Position numbers and translations under genes: made by a program. DNA of 64,000 nt, taken from the NCBI GenBank assembly GCA_964016885.1, contig OZ024740.1:204166001-204230000 (forward strand). Reading direction: 5' to 3'. The notes beneath the pieces were generated by a model. It did not search any database. It was not told the DNA's origin and saw nothing but the letters and a program-made list of their open reading frames with translations. Each line of letters starts with the position of its first letter. Positions within the stretch are counted from its first letter, which is position 1. This document shows positions 30,001-40,475 of the stretch, piece by piece. Source of the DNA: Eledone cirrhosa. Lineage: Eukaryota.

Positions 30001-32520
30001 TGTCCCGTACCATTGAATACCACTGTCTGGGTGTGTTGTATCTACAAGTATAGAGATATATACTGGATAGTACCGAGACGTTACACTATGTCCCCTACCA
30101 TTGAATACCACTGTCAGGGTGTGTTGTATCTACAGATATAGAGATATATACTGGACAGTAGAAAGACGTTACACTATGTCCCCTACCATTCAATACCACT
30201 GTCAGGGTGTGTTGTATCTACAGATATAGAGATATATACTGGACAGAAGAGAGACGTTACACTATGTACCCTACCATGGAATACCACTGTCAGGGTGTGT
30301 TGTATCTACAGATATAGAGATATAAACTGGACAGTAGAGAGACGTTACACTATGTCCCCTACCATTGAATACCACTGTCAGGGTGTGTTATATCTACAGA
30401 TGTAGAGATATATACTGGGCAGTAGAGAGACGTTAGACTATGTCCCCTACCATTGAATACCACTGTCAGCGTGTGTTGTATCTACAGGTATAGAGATATA
30501 CACTGGACAGTAGAGAGACGTTACACTATGTCCCCTACCATTGAATACCACTGTCAGGGTGTGTTGTATCTACAGATTTGCGAAATATACTGGACAGTAG
30601 AGAGACGTGACACTATGTCCCCTACCATTGAATACCACTGTCAGGGTGTGTTGTGTCTACAGATATAGAGATATATACTGGACAGTAGAGAGACGTTACA
30701 CTATGCCCCCTACCATTGAATACCACTGTCTGGGTGTGTTGTATCTACAGATATAGAGATATATACTGGACAGTAGAGAGACGTTACACTATGTACCCTA
30801 CCATTGAATACCACTGTCAGGGTGTGTTGTATCTACAGATGTAGAGATATACACTGGACAGTAGAGAAACGTTACACTATGTCCCCTACCATTGAATACC
30901 ACTGTCAGGGTGTGTTGTATCTACAGATATAGAGATATATACTGGACAGTAGAGAGACGTTACACTATGTCCCCTACCATTGAATACCACTGTCTGTGTG
31001 TGTTGTATCTACAAGTATAGAGATATATACTGGACAGTAGAGGGGTTACAATATGTCCCCTACCATTGAATACCACTGTCAGGGTGTGTTGTATCTACAG
31101 ATATAGAGATATATACTGGACAGTAGAGAGACGTTACACTATGTCCCCTACCATTGAATACCACTGTCTGGGTGTGTTGTATCTTCAGATATAGAGATAT
31201 ATACTGGACAGTAGAGGGGTTACACTATGTCCCCTACCATTCAATACCACTGTCAATGTGTGTTGTATCTACAGATATAGAGATATATACTGGACAGTAG
31301 AGAGACGTTACACTATGTACCCTACCATTGAATACCACTGTCTGGGTGTGTTGTATCTACAGGTATAGAGATATATACTGGACAGTAGAGAGACGTTACA
31401 CTATGTCCCCTACCATTGAATACCACTGTCAGGGTGTGTTGTATCTACAGATATAGAGATATATACTGGACAGTAGAGAGACGTTACACTATGTCCCCTA
31501 CCATTGAATACCACTGTCAGGGTGTGTTGTATCTACAGATATAGAGATATATACTGGACAGTAGAGGGGTTACACTATGTCCCCTACCATTCAATACCAC
31601 TGTCAATGTGTGTTGTATCTACAGATATAGAGATATATACTGGACAGTAGAGAGACGTTACACTATGTACCCTACCATTGAATACCACTGTCAGGGTGTG
31701 TTGTATCTACAGATGTAGAGATATATACTGGACAGTAGAGAGTCGTTACACTATGTCCCCTACCATTGAATACCACTGTCAGGGTGTGTTGTATCTACAG
31801 ATGTAGAGATATATACTGGACAGTAGAGAGACGTTTCACTATGTCCCCTACCATTGAATACCACTGTCAGGGTGTGTTGTATCTACAGATGTAGAGATAT
31901 ATACTGGACAGTAGAGAGATGTTACACTATGTCCCCTACCATTGAATACCACTGTCAGGGTGTGTTGTATCTACAGATATAGAGATATATACTGGACAGT
32001 AGAGAGACGTTACACTATGTCCCCTACCATTGAATACCACTGTCAGGGTGTGTTGTATCTACAGATATAGAGATATATACTGGACATTAGAGGGGTTACA
32101 CTATGTCCCCTACCATTCAATACCACTGTCAGGGTGTGTTGTATCTACAGATATAGAGATATATACTGGACAGTAGGGAGACGTTACACTATGTACCCTA
32201 CCATTGAATACCACTGTCAGGGTATGTTGTATCTACAGATATAGAGATATATACTGGACATTAGAGGGGTTACACTATGTCCCCTACCATTCAATACCAC
32301 TGTCAATGTGTGTTGTATCTTCAGATGTAGAGATATATACTGGACAGTAGAGAGACGTTACACTATGTCCCCTACCATTGAATACCACTGTCAATGTGTG
32401 TTGTATCTACAGATATAGAGATATATACTGGACAGTAGAGAGACGTTACACTATGTCCCCTACCATTCAATACCACTGTCAATGTGTGTTGTATCTTCAG
32501 ATGTAGAGATATATACTGGG
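1..32520. repeat. 88-bp tandem satellite, about 370 monomers, running off the left edge of the window
   Basis: Consensus ATATACTGGACAGTAGAGAGACGTTACACTATGTCCCCTACCATTGAATACCACTGTCAGGGTGTGTTGTATCTACAGATRTAGAGAT. Unit 1 starts at base 1 and unit 2 at base 89. The array is head-to-tail with only point variants and 1-3 bp indels. The ORFs listed in this region are translations of the repeat. Confidence 0.99.
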
Positions 32521-32815
32521 CAGTAGAGAGAGGTTACACCATGTCCAAACTGTCACACTGTATCCCATAATATCCACTGTCAGGGTGTCTAGTATTTACA
32601 GATATTCAGATATATACTGGACAGTTGAGGGGTTACAATATGTCCCATACCATTCAATACTACTGTTGGTGTACTGTAGTTACAGATATAGAGAAATATA
32701 CAGTAGAAAGAGGTTATATACACTGGACAGTAGAAAGTGGTTATATACACTGTCCAAACTGTCACACTATACTTCATACCATTCATCACTACAGGTTAGA
32801 ATGTTCTATATATTC
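32521..32815. repeat. Degenerate right edge of the 88-bp satellite
   Basis: Diverged but recognisable motifs (CCACTGTCAGGGTG, TATATACTGGACAGT, TACCATTCAATAC) and a short sub-repeat ACAGTAGAAAGWGGTTATATACACTG x2, then unique AT-rich DNA. Confidence 0.85.
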
Positions 32816-33217
32816 CTCAACTAAACAGACAAAGACGATAGATCTGTGTGCTGTATTTCATCATTCGAACGACTACCTGCATGCTCGGTTAGGGTTGACT
32901 TGATCAAAAACACCACAGTGTTTGGTTATTAATTCATTTGATAGAATATGAACCTTTATAAATCCACTCAGTTTTATATTATCGAATTTTACCGTTCAAT
33001 AAGTAAATGTCTGCTCCCCAAACCACTACTTTTCTCCAGGAATTAGATATCAATAAGTTATTTTGATATTAAAATAAATATACATGAAAGAAGGTCCTTA
33101 ATTTTGATAATTTTGATATATAGATAAGTTATTTTGATGCAGTGATAGATATGCTGCAATTTGTAAACACATAAGTCTATGTAACTTACAATTATTACAT
33201 AATATATTCAATAATGT

Positions 33218-33413
33218 CAGACCTATCAACTCTCCCCGTCGGACGGGGAGATCTCCCGCCTACATCGGGGGGCGTGAGAGATGTCTTCTCTTGTGAAAAT
33301 GGGTATAGCTTTCATTATATAAAATCTCCCCATTTTACCTCATTTCTCTCCGTTTTGGGGCAACTTTTGTTCATGGTATTCCCTATCAGGGTTTTTAGAA
33401 GTTGGCAGGTCTG
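33218..33413. mobile_element. Non-autonomous DNA transposon (MITE), about 196 bp
   Basis: Terminal inverted repeats CAGACCTATCAACT / AGTTGGCAGGTCTG (12/14 match). Flanks TAATGT and CAATGT are a possible 6-bp TSD with one mismatch. Subterminal palindrome TCTCCCCGTC-G-GACGGGGAGA. Confidence 0.7.
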
Positions 33414-33508
33414 CAATGTAGTTCACATCGAAATGGCGGGCTAAGTGGTTACTTACTCGCAATATGAATGCTCAGCCGTATAATAATCTCAGAATATATC
33501 TCATTAAG

Positions 33509-34840
33509 TTTGCATCTCGGCACCTGGGGAGACAAATCCATGCTGTTCAACAGCGTCGTCGGACTCTGGACGGATGGATCGATGAAGTTGCGCGTCCGTT
33601 ATCTACTATTGCCTGCCGTCGTGCCTTGCTCCTGTTCGCACCTCAACAAATTGGAACGTCTGCTCTTCCGCTTTTTGTGGAATGGACAGATTCTATTGGT
33701 GAGGTGGTCCATCTACATGGAGGGTTGGGCATGCCGTGAATTATGACGCTTAAACATGCGCTGAGGCTATGGTATCTTCAGATATTCTTAAACGATAAAC
33801 AGACCCTTCCACAGCTCGTCTCTTTGACTAAGCTGGAGTCCTGGGTCAAGAAGAGACCCTGACTGGGCATCTGGCATCTGGAATGTTGCCAGGCGCTCAC
33901 TGCCCTCTACAGGGAGGACTACGAGGTCAGTGGAAATTCCACTCTTGAGTTCTATAGAGGATTACTGGTGGGCTAGTGCGATGAGGCTCTCGGAGAAGCG
34001 CTGGGCGTCGATGAAATCGAACTGACCAGGCTGTTCCGAAGGACTTTTGAGCCTGTGACTATGGATAATTTCCAGAACTCCCTTGCTTGGCAGTGTTACG
34101 GGAGGGGGCACTGCCGGTTGGAGAACTCTACAGGCACAGAAGTGCTGTCAGACGGACCTTCCCAAGTTGTGCGTAGAGCGACAAAACTGTTCTGCACGCA
34201 TTCGTCCAGTGTCCGTGCATTGTGGAGTTATGTCGAATAGATGTTGTCGCGTGGAGAACGGATCAGGCTATCGGCCGAGTCCATAGTGAAGATCGACCCA
34301 CCGTCTTCTTTTGGCCAGGAAGGGCAGGCAATTTTCCTCTGTCTGGTGGCAGTAGCGAAAGAGGTTGTATGGTGGACGAGGTTGAAAGGACTGAAGACAG
34401 ACACTTTTCTCTTCGGCCAATCCCTCATCAACTCTTTCAAGTTTCACTTGGAAAGGAAGGTGAGTGTGGAGAGAGAAGTGCTGCCCCCCAGTACATTTGC
34501 TGAAAGGTGGGTGAATGTGGCGAGAATGGCCCGTGTGAGTGGGCCTACTCTGATCATGCGCCTGTATGTTGGTAAATTTGAGGAGGAGAGGGGTGCCCTT
34601 CGCGGGTGCTCTCGAAGCGTCGGGTTGTTCAGGATTGGTGGGGTACCTGAGTCAACCATGGGTGGTTATCCCCCCTATTGAAGAATTTTTCATTGTTGTA
34701 TTTTTCTTGTTATTTTGTTATTGTTATTTATATTTTTACACGTTATATATGTAAACCCCCACTGTCCCTGTCTTTTGTGTTGTCCCCTATATATCGGCCC
34801 TTGTGGCCAATAAATTAAACTATTATTATTATTATTATTA
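33509..34840 (+). mobile_element. Tx1/L1-clade LINE, 5'-truncated and decayed (copy 1)
   Basis: Homologous to the ORF2 3' part and 3' UTR of the element at 34843-40473 (LGTWG.KSML, ERLLFRFLW, AVAKEVVWWTRLKG...FAERWVNVARMARV). Has internal deletions and ends GGCCCTTGTGGCCAATAAA...(TAT)n. Confidence 0.92.
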
Positions 34841-35056
34841 ATATTGCGTCTGAACGGACGTCTTTTTGCTCGCTCTCGTAAGTTTATTTATTTACCTGTC
34901 AAAACTTATTTATTGAATTTTTTGTTGTTGTGTAAGGCATACAAGCACTTGAACTTTGCCCTGTGAAGGGGAAAGAATAATATTTGGGCCTTTTGGCCCA
35001 AATATTTGAACTCTTTTACATTTTAAAAAATAATCGAAAGAAAAAAGAAAAAAAAC

Positions 35057-36998
35057 ATGGCTGAGCCACGCCCCCAGCGATCTGTCTGTTGTCGTATGAC
35101 AAAGACGTAAAAGTTGAGAGGAGCGCTACGGCGAAATTAACAGAAATTGATACAACAGACACTACCACAAACAATGTAAACAAAGACAGCAATGATAACG
35201 ACACTGAAAACTCTAATTTTGAAAAAAATGACAGTAACAGCGACAACGAAAATACAGATATCAACACCACTAACATGAAAACAAATAGCGACAACACCAA
35301 CAGCAACAATACCAACTGCACCGAGAACAACGGCGGCACTAAAGACAACAATGATAACAGCGACAGTGATAACAACAACACCAACAAGAACAACGACAAC
35401 AACAACAACACTCCCAACGACAACAAGAAGAACACTTTTTCAAAAAAGAGGCCATGCTTCAACATGGACCTCTCAAACAAAGATGAAAAGTTGGCCCAGG
35501 CCTGAAAGCTCATCAAGCAAGAGCAAACCTGGGCCAACTTAACTGTCTCGGTAGAAGCTATTGAGGCAGTGGAGCGCAGAACGGTGCATTATAGATGCAT
35601 CTCAGCACAAACCAAAAGGGCAGCTTTAATCCCACAAGAAGATGTCGAAGTCGCGCTGAGGTGCATCAGAGAAGACACCCAGTACATAGAGAGGGGCAGA
35701 CAGTACGGCACAATTTCGGTGTTGTTCAAGTCAGAAGCCCTCGCTATGAAACACGCTATGACTCCTTGCAAAACCAGCAAGGTCATAATGAACCCCTCCC
35801 ACATGGGAAAAAGAACGGTCCGTATCCGCATTCCCAGAATCCCACCAGGACTTGACATGTGGTGGCTTCTGGGATGTGTGATTGTGGAGGGGACGGATAT
35901 CGTCCCTATAGAAGTGACCAGAACGGCCAGAGAGGACTGGTCCGGGGTTGACCTGGAGATCCTTCTCCAGATCAGGCCCGAGAATGTGAAGACAATCCCG
36001 GACCACATCCGCCTTCAGAATGGGACGGTCATTCACATTATGACCGAAGGCAAAAGGCCGCAGTGTTTTGTTTGTGGGGAAAAAACCCATTTGCGAGCCT
36101 TCTGCCCTCAACTGCTGAAAGAGGCAAGGGGTCGAAAGGCTCCACTGCTGCCGACGCCGGGGCGAGGACCACAACCAACACCAGCACCTGCAAAACCACC
36201 AACAACAACACCAATAGAAAGACCACCACCAACATTGACCACCCAGGGAGAAAACGAGGAAAGCTGTCAAATTCCCCCTCCCCCCAAAATACACACACCA
36301 ATAAAACCAGAAACATACATACAGACACACTTACAGACACAGACCCCTCATCTACCAGTAGTGAAAATGAGGGAAAACCAAAATCCCCCAAAATACAAAA
36401 AAGGAAACATAAAAAGAAAAAAAAAACTCAACAAAGCACAAAATCACCCACAATAAAAAACGCAGACACCACCCACGCAAACATCTCTCCAATAACACCA
36501 ACATCAACACCACCATCACCATCACCAGAATCCCCCAAACGCAAACAACCTAAACAGACACAAGAACAAATATATACACAAACATCTGAAACCACAGACA
36601 CCACACACACAACAAACACAGACACAACCGAAACAACACCACCAAAACCATCACCACCACAGCCACACAAACAAATAAAATCACACCAACAAAACATACA
36701 AAACTTCGTGCTCGTCAGGAGGGCCAACAAGGAACTGATGGCCCTCGTAGCACGAAGTGAAAATATACAAAAAGAGGGGGAAATTTTTAAATCGAGCACA
36801 TTTCGCGTGTCGGAAGATTTGGTTCTGGTGCGAATGTCGATCGAATTATACAAAGAAATACAAGACAGCTTTCCTCGGGACGTGGGAACCCCGAACGTAA
36901 AACCAACTTCAAGACTTTTAAAGGGGTTCCCAAAAGAAACCCCACCAACTATGGAGGTCGAACAACCCGACCTTCACAAGAGCCCGGAAGGTAAGTAA
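35057..36998 (+). pseudogene. LINE ORF1 (gag-like; Asn/Asp-rich N-terminus, CX2CX4HX4C knuckle, Pro/Thr-rich linker, basic NLS-like patch, conserved C-terminal domain), disrupted
   Basis: ATG at 35057. The segments 35089-35505 and 35569-36456 share a frame with a TGA at 35503. Knuckle CFVCGEKTHLRAFC. The frame then shifts to that of ORF 36063-36998, supported by homology to copy 3 (TDPSSTSSENEGKP vs EDPLSTSPSDNEGEP). Confidence 0.85.
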
Positions 36999-37030
36999 AC
37001 CTTTCCTCTCTCTCTTTTTAACCTGCCAGC

Positions 37031-40000
37031 ATGGCCGCATTAAGAGTAGGTTGTTTAAATGTTCGAGGCCTTGGATCGTCCTGGAAGCAGGGTCACCTGC
37101 TCAATGATCTCAGGTCTCTAGAAATGGATGTAATTACCGTCGGCGAGACCAGGATTTCCGACACGCGCGCACTAGCCCCCATTTTCGACGACTATCAGAT
37201 CTTTGCATCTGTTAGCCGGCCGAGAATGGGAGGCGGGGTGGCAGTGCTGTAGAGGAAAGGCCTGGATCTCGAGGTAATGTCGATCTTCGGGGACCCGGAC
37301 GGGAAGTTGGTGGTCCTGGACGTGAACAATAACGAAGGTGGTGCCTTTAGACTGGTGGCCGTCTATGCTCCTACTGAGGCAGGACGACCGGACTTCTTTA
37401 GATGCCTGGAAGCCTTTCTGGGCATGTCTCGCCCTTTACTGTTAGCGGGGGACTGGAACGGCATCTTAGACGCACGCTGGGACTGTGTGGGAGTATCCGA
37501 TAGGAGCGGGGGTGCAAAAGCCTCAAGAACCTGATCAGCCAGTTCCAACTGTCTGACAGGTACCGACTAGATTTCCCTAACGCGCCAGTGTGGACCTGGG
37601 CTAACCGCATAGGGTCATCTAGATCGTATATAGACAGGATATTCATTAGCAAAATAGACAGAAATAATGTAAGCTGTCCACGTTTTGAAACAGTCGCCTA
37701 TTCAGATCACAAGTTTGTGATCTGTATGGTCGACCTAGATAAGACGCGTAGGTTAGGATCTGGTTACTGGAAGCTAAACATGTCATTTTCGGCACGTAAG
37801 GCTTACAGGGACCAGGTCAACAATTTAGTTAAGAAAAGGTTGACAGGGGGAGTCGTCAACAATAGATGGTGGGGGCTCTCAAAAGAGAGGTTAGAGTAAT
37901 GTCGATAGAGTTTAGCAAAGTAGCGTTAGAGAAAAATAGAAAGGAGGGGGAGTTGGTAGATAAGTTAGACGAGGCTATTGGTAGTGGCATTGCAACTGAT
38001 GTGCTAGCGGCGTGAATGGCATTAGACCATTTCTTCAATGCGAAACACGAAGGTTGCATTGTCTGGCGCGTGCTTTGAGAAACGAGGGAACCAAAGCTGT
38101 TTGATGGGCCCGCGTGGCAGAGGCGCAGCGTGGTAATAAAACCACGATTCGGTCTTTGACGGACCGAGACGGACACGAGCTGAGCGATTCCAAGCGGATG
38201 TGTGAGGCCTTTTGCCAACATTTTGCTCGGTTGTTTGGGGGAAGTGGCGGGTCAGAGATGGTGGCGGACTTCAGTCCCTACCTCGATGGCTTGCCGCAAC
38301 TCTCGACGGCTGACGCTGGGCGCCGTGAAAGGCCAATCACTTCAGCCGAGATTCAGGATGCCCTTGTCGGCTGCATGAGGCGCAAGTCACCCGGTTTGGA
38401 TGGTCTGCCGTACGAGCTTTACGTAAATATGCCAGACTTGTTCTCCAATCTCCTCGAAGCCCTCTACTGAAACTGGCAGCAAAACGGGAGTATTCCCAGT
38501 TCTGTGAGCCGGGCCGTAGTGACGCTGATAAGGAAAGACGAGAACAAGAGGGACACATTAGACAATTTCAGGCCCATAACTCTGCTCAACACAGAGTTTA
38601 AGATTTTGGCCAGGGTGTTAGCGAAGAGGTTGGCGCTTGTCGTCGGGGATTTGGTTGGGGAGGCGCAAACTTGCGCAATCCCAACCAGGTCCATACACGA
38701 CAACCTCCATCTAATGCGATACATCATAGAGTGGGTAGGGTGTAAACCTGGCTTCGGTGGGGATCTGATCAATTTAGATCAATCGAAAGCATTTGATGGT
38801 GTCGACCATCGGTACCTGGAGGCTGTCCTCAAGGCGGCTGGCTTCGGCCCCGTCTTCAGAAGCTGGATCGCTGCAATGCACAGCGGCACCTGCTCGATGG
38901 TCAAAATTAATGGCCACCTCTCGGAACCGTTTCAGGTCTCCCGATCGGTCCGTCAAGGGTGCTCTCTCTCCTCCCTTCTGTACGTATTGACTCTCGAGCC
39001 TTTACTGCGGAAGCTGGAGCTGTTGCAGGGAATCCCGCTCGAACCAGGACGCGGAAAGGCTGTGTCGGCTTATGCGGACGACATCACCGTGATGGTGTCG
39101 GACACCTCAGAAATCGAGGTAGTCGGCAACTTATTGGAGGAATATGAAAGTTTGGCGGGAGCAAAACTTAACCCGGATAAGTCGGTGGGCTTGCAACTCG
39201 GCACCTGGAGAGGCAAGTCCATGCTGTCCAACAGCGTCGTTAGGCGCTGGACGGACGGGCCGGTAAAGTTGCTAGGGGTTTGGTTCGGGCCAGACCTCCA
39301 GGTGGATAAGAATTGGGACGAGGTGACGGGAAGGGTAGCCAGTCTCACCCAGAAATGGGCTGGGATGAAGCTATCACTGAAAGGTCGGGCGGAGGTGGCG
39401 AATGCATATCGGTCTCTTCTTGACCCAGGACTACAGCTCAGTCAAAGAAACGAGCTGCGGAAAGGCCCGTCTGACAAACGGCGACCACACCTGTTCATCG
39501 TTTAGGCAGAATATCTGGAGATGCCGCAGCCTCAGCGCATGCCCGCGCATCATTAGCCACGGCATGCCCATCCCTCGACGTAGAGGGTGCTGGCAGCAGA
39601 TGGACCGCCTCACCAGTGGAACCTGACCCCTCCACAAGAATTTGAAGAGGAGCCGCTCCAAGATGGCGAGGCGCAAACGGGGGAAAGGGACGACGGTCAG
39701 ACGGTAGTAGATGCCGGTTCGAGATAAACTCTACAGGCACGGAAGTGCTGTCAGACGGACCTGCTCGAGATGCGCGCAGAGCGACGAAACCGTTCTGCAC
39801 GCACTTGTCCAGTGTCCGTATATTACTGACTTGTGGAGTTATGAACAGCTGTTGTCGCGTGTAGAACGGATCCGGCTATCGGCCGAGTCCACAGTGAAGA
39901 TCGACCCGCCACCTTCTTTTGGCCAGGAAGGGCAGGCAATTTTCCTCTGTCTGGTGGCTGTAGCGAAAGAGGTTGTAAGTTGGACGAGGTTGAAAGGACC

Positions 40001-40175
40001 GAAGACAGACACTTTTCTCTTCGGCCAATCCCTCATCAACTTTTTCAAGTTTCACTTGGAAAGGAAGGTGAGGGTGGAGAGAGAAGTGCTTCCCCCCAGT
40101 ACATTTGCTGAAAGGTGGGTGAATGTGGCGAGAATGGCCCGTGTGAGTGGGCCTACTCTGGTCATGCGTCTGTAG
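37031..40175 (+). pseudogene. LINE ORF2 (APE endonuclease + reverse transcriptase + C-terminal Cys/His motif), with stops, frameshifts and an internal inversion
   Basis: APE motifs LNVRGL, VGETR, VYAP, AGDWN, SYIDR, YSDH. RT motifs KSPGLDGLP, FRPITLLN, LDQSKAFD, SVRQGC, AYADD. C-terminal CSRC...HALVQC. Confidence 0.95.
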
Positions 40176-40475
40176 GTAGGTAAATTTGAGGAGGAGAGGG
40201 GGTGCCCTTCCAGGGTGCTCTCGAAGCGTCGGGTCGTTCAGGATTGGTGGGGTACCTGAGCGAACCCTGGGTGGTCATCCCCCCTATTGGGGAATTTTTT
40301 CTTGTTGTAATTTTCTTGTTACTTTATTGTTACTTTTTTATTGTTACTTTGTTATTGTTATTCATATTGTTTACTCGATTTTTCTGTAAAACCCCACTGT
40401 CCCAGTCTTTTGTATTGTCCCCTATATGTCGGCCCTTGTGGCCAATAAATGAAATCATTATTATTATTATTATAT

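Larger units (their letters stand above)
34843..40473 (+). mobile_element. Tx1/L1-clade LINE, near full length and inactivated (copy 2)
   Basis: 5' UTR, ORF1 with a CCHC knuckle, ORF2 (APE endonuclease, RT, C-terminal Cys/His motif), 3' UTR with AATAAA and an (ATT)n tail. Starts immediately after the (TAT)n tail of copy 1. Confidence 0.95.

Noticed and set aside
1-32520. Satellite as a CRISPR array or as coding repeats (MNTTVRVCC... ORFs)
   Set aside because: There are no unique spacers and no cas genes. The 88-bp period is not a multiple of 3, stops are frequent, and the ORFs begin at TTG/GTG.
34985-35000. Histone-type 3' stem-loop
   Set aside because: It has a 4-nt U loop, but the stem does not match the GGYYYU/ARRRCC consensus and no histone gene is present.
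35016-35537. Hydrophobic membrane-protein-like ORFs (also 56578-57150 and 36038-36391)
   Set aside because: They are antisense shadows of A-rich LINE ORF1 or of the T-rich 10-bp repeat.
36063-36456. Programmed frameshift or overlapping genes in LINE ORF1
   Set aside because: The dual open frames are explained by T-poor, A/C-rich composition. The copy is decayed elsewhere, so a random indel is simpler.
36991-37029. 39-nt intron fusing ORF1 to ORF2
   Set aside because: Splicing gives GAA GCA TGG CCG CAT TAA, out of frame with ORF2. The intron is very short and the acceptor AG is missing in copy 3. Only the donor motif is kept as a finding.
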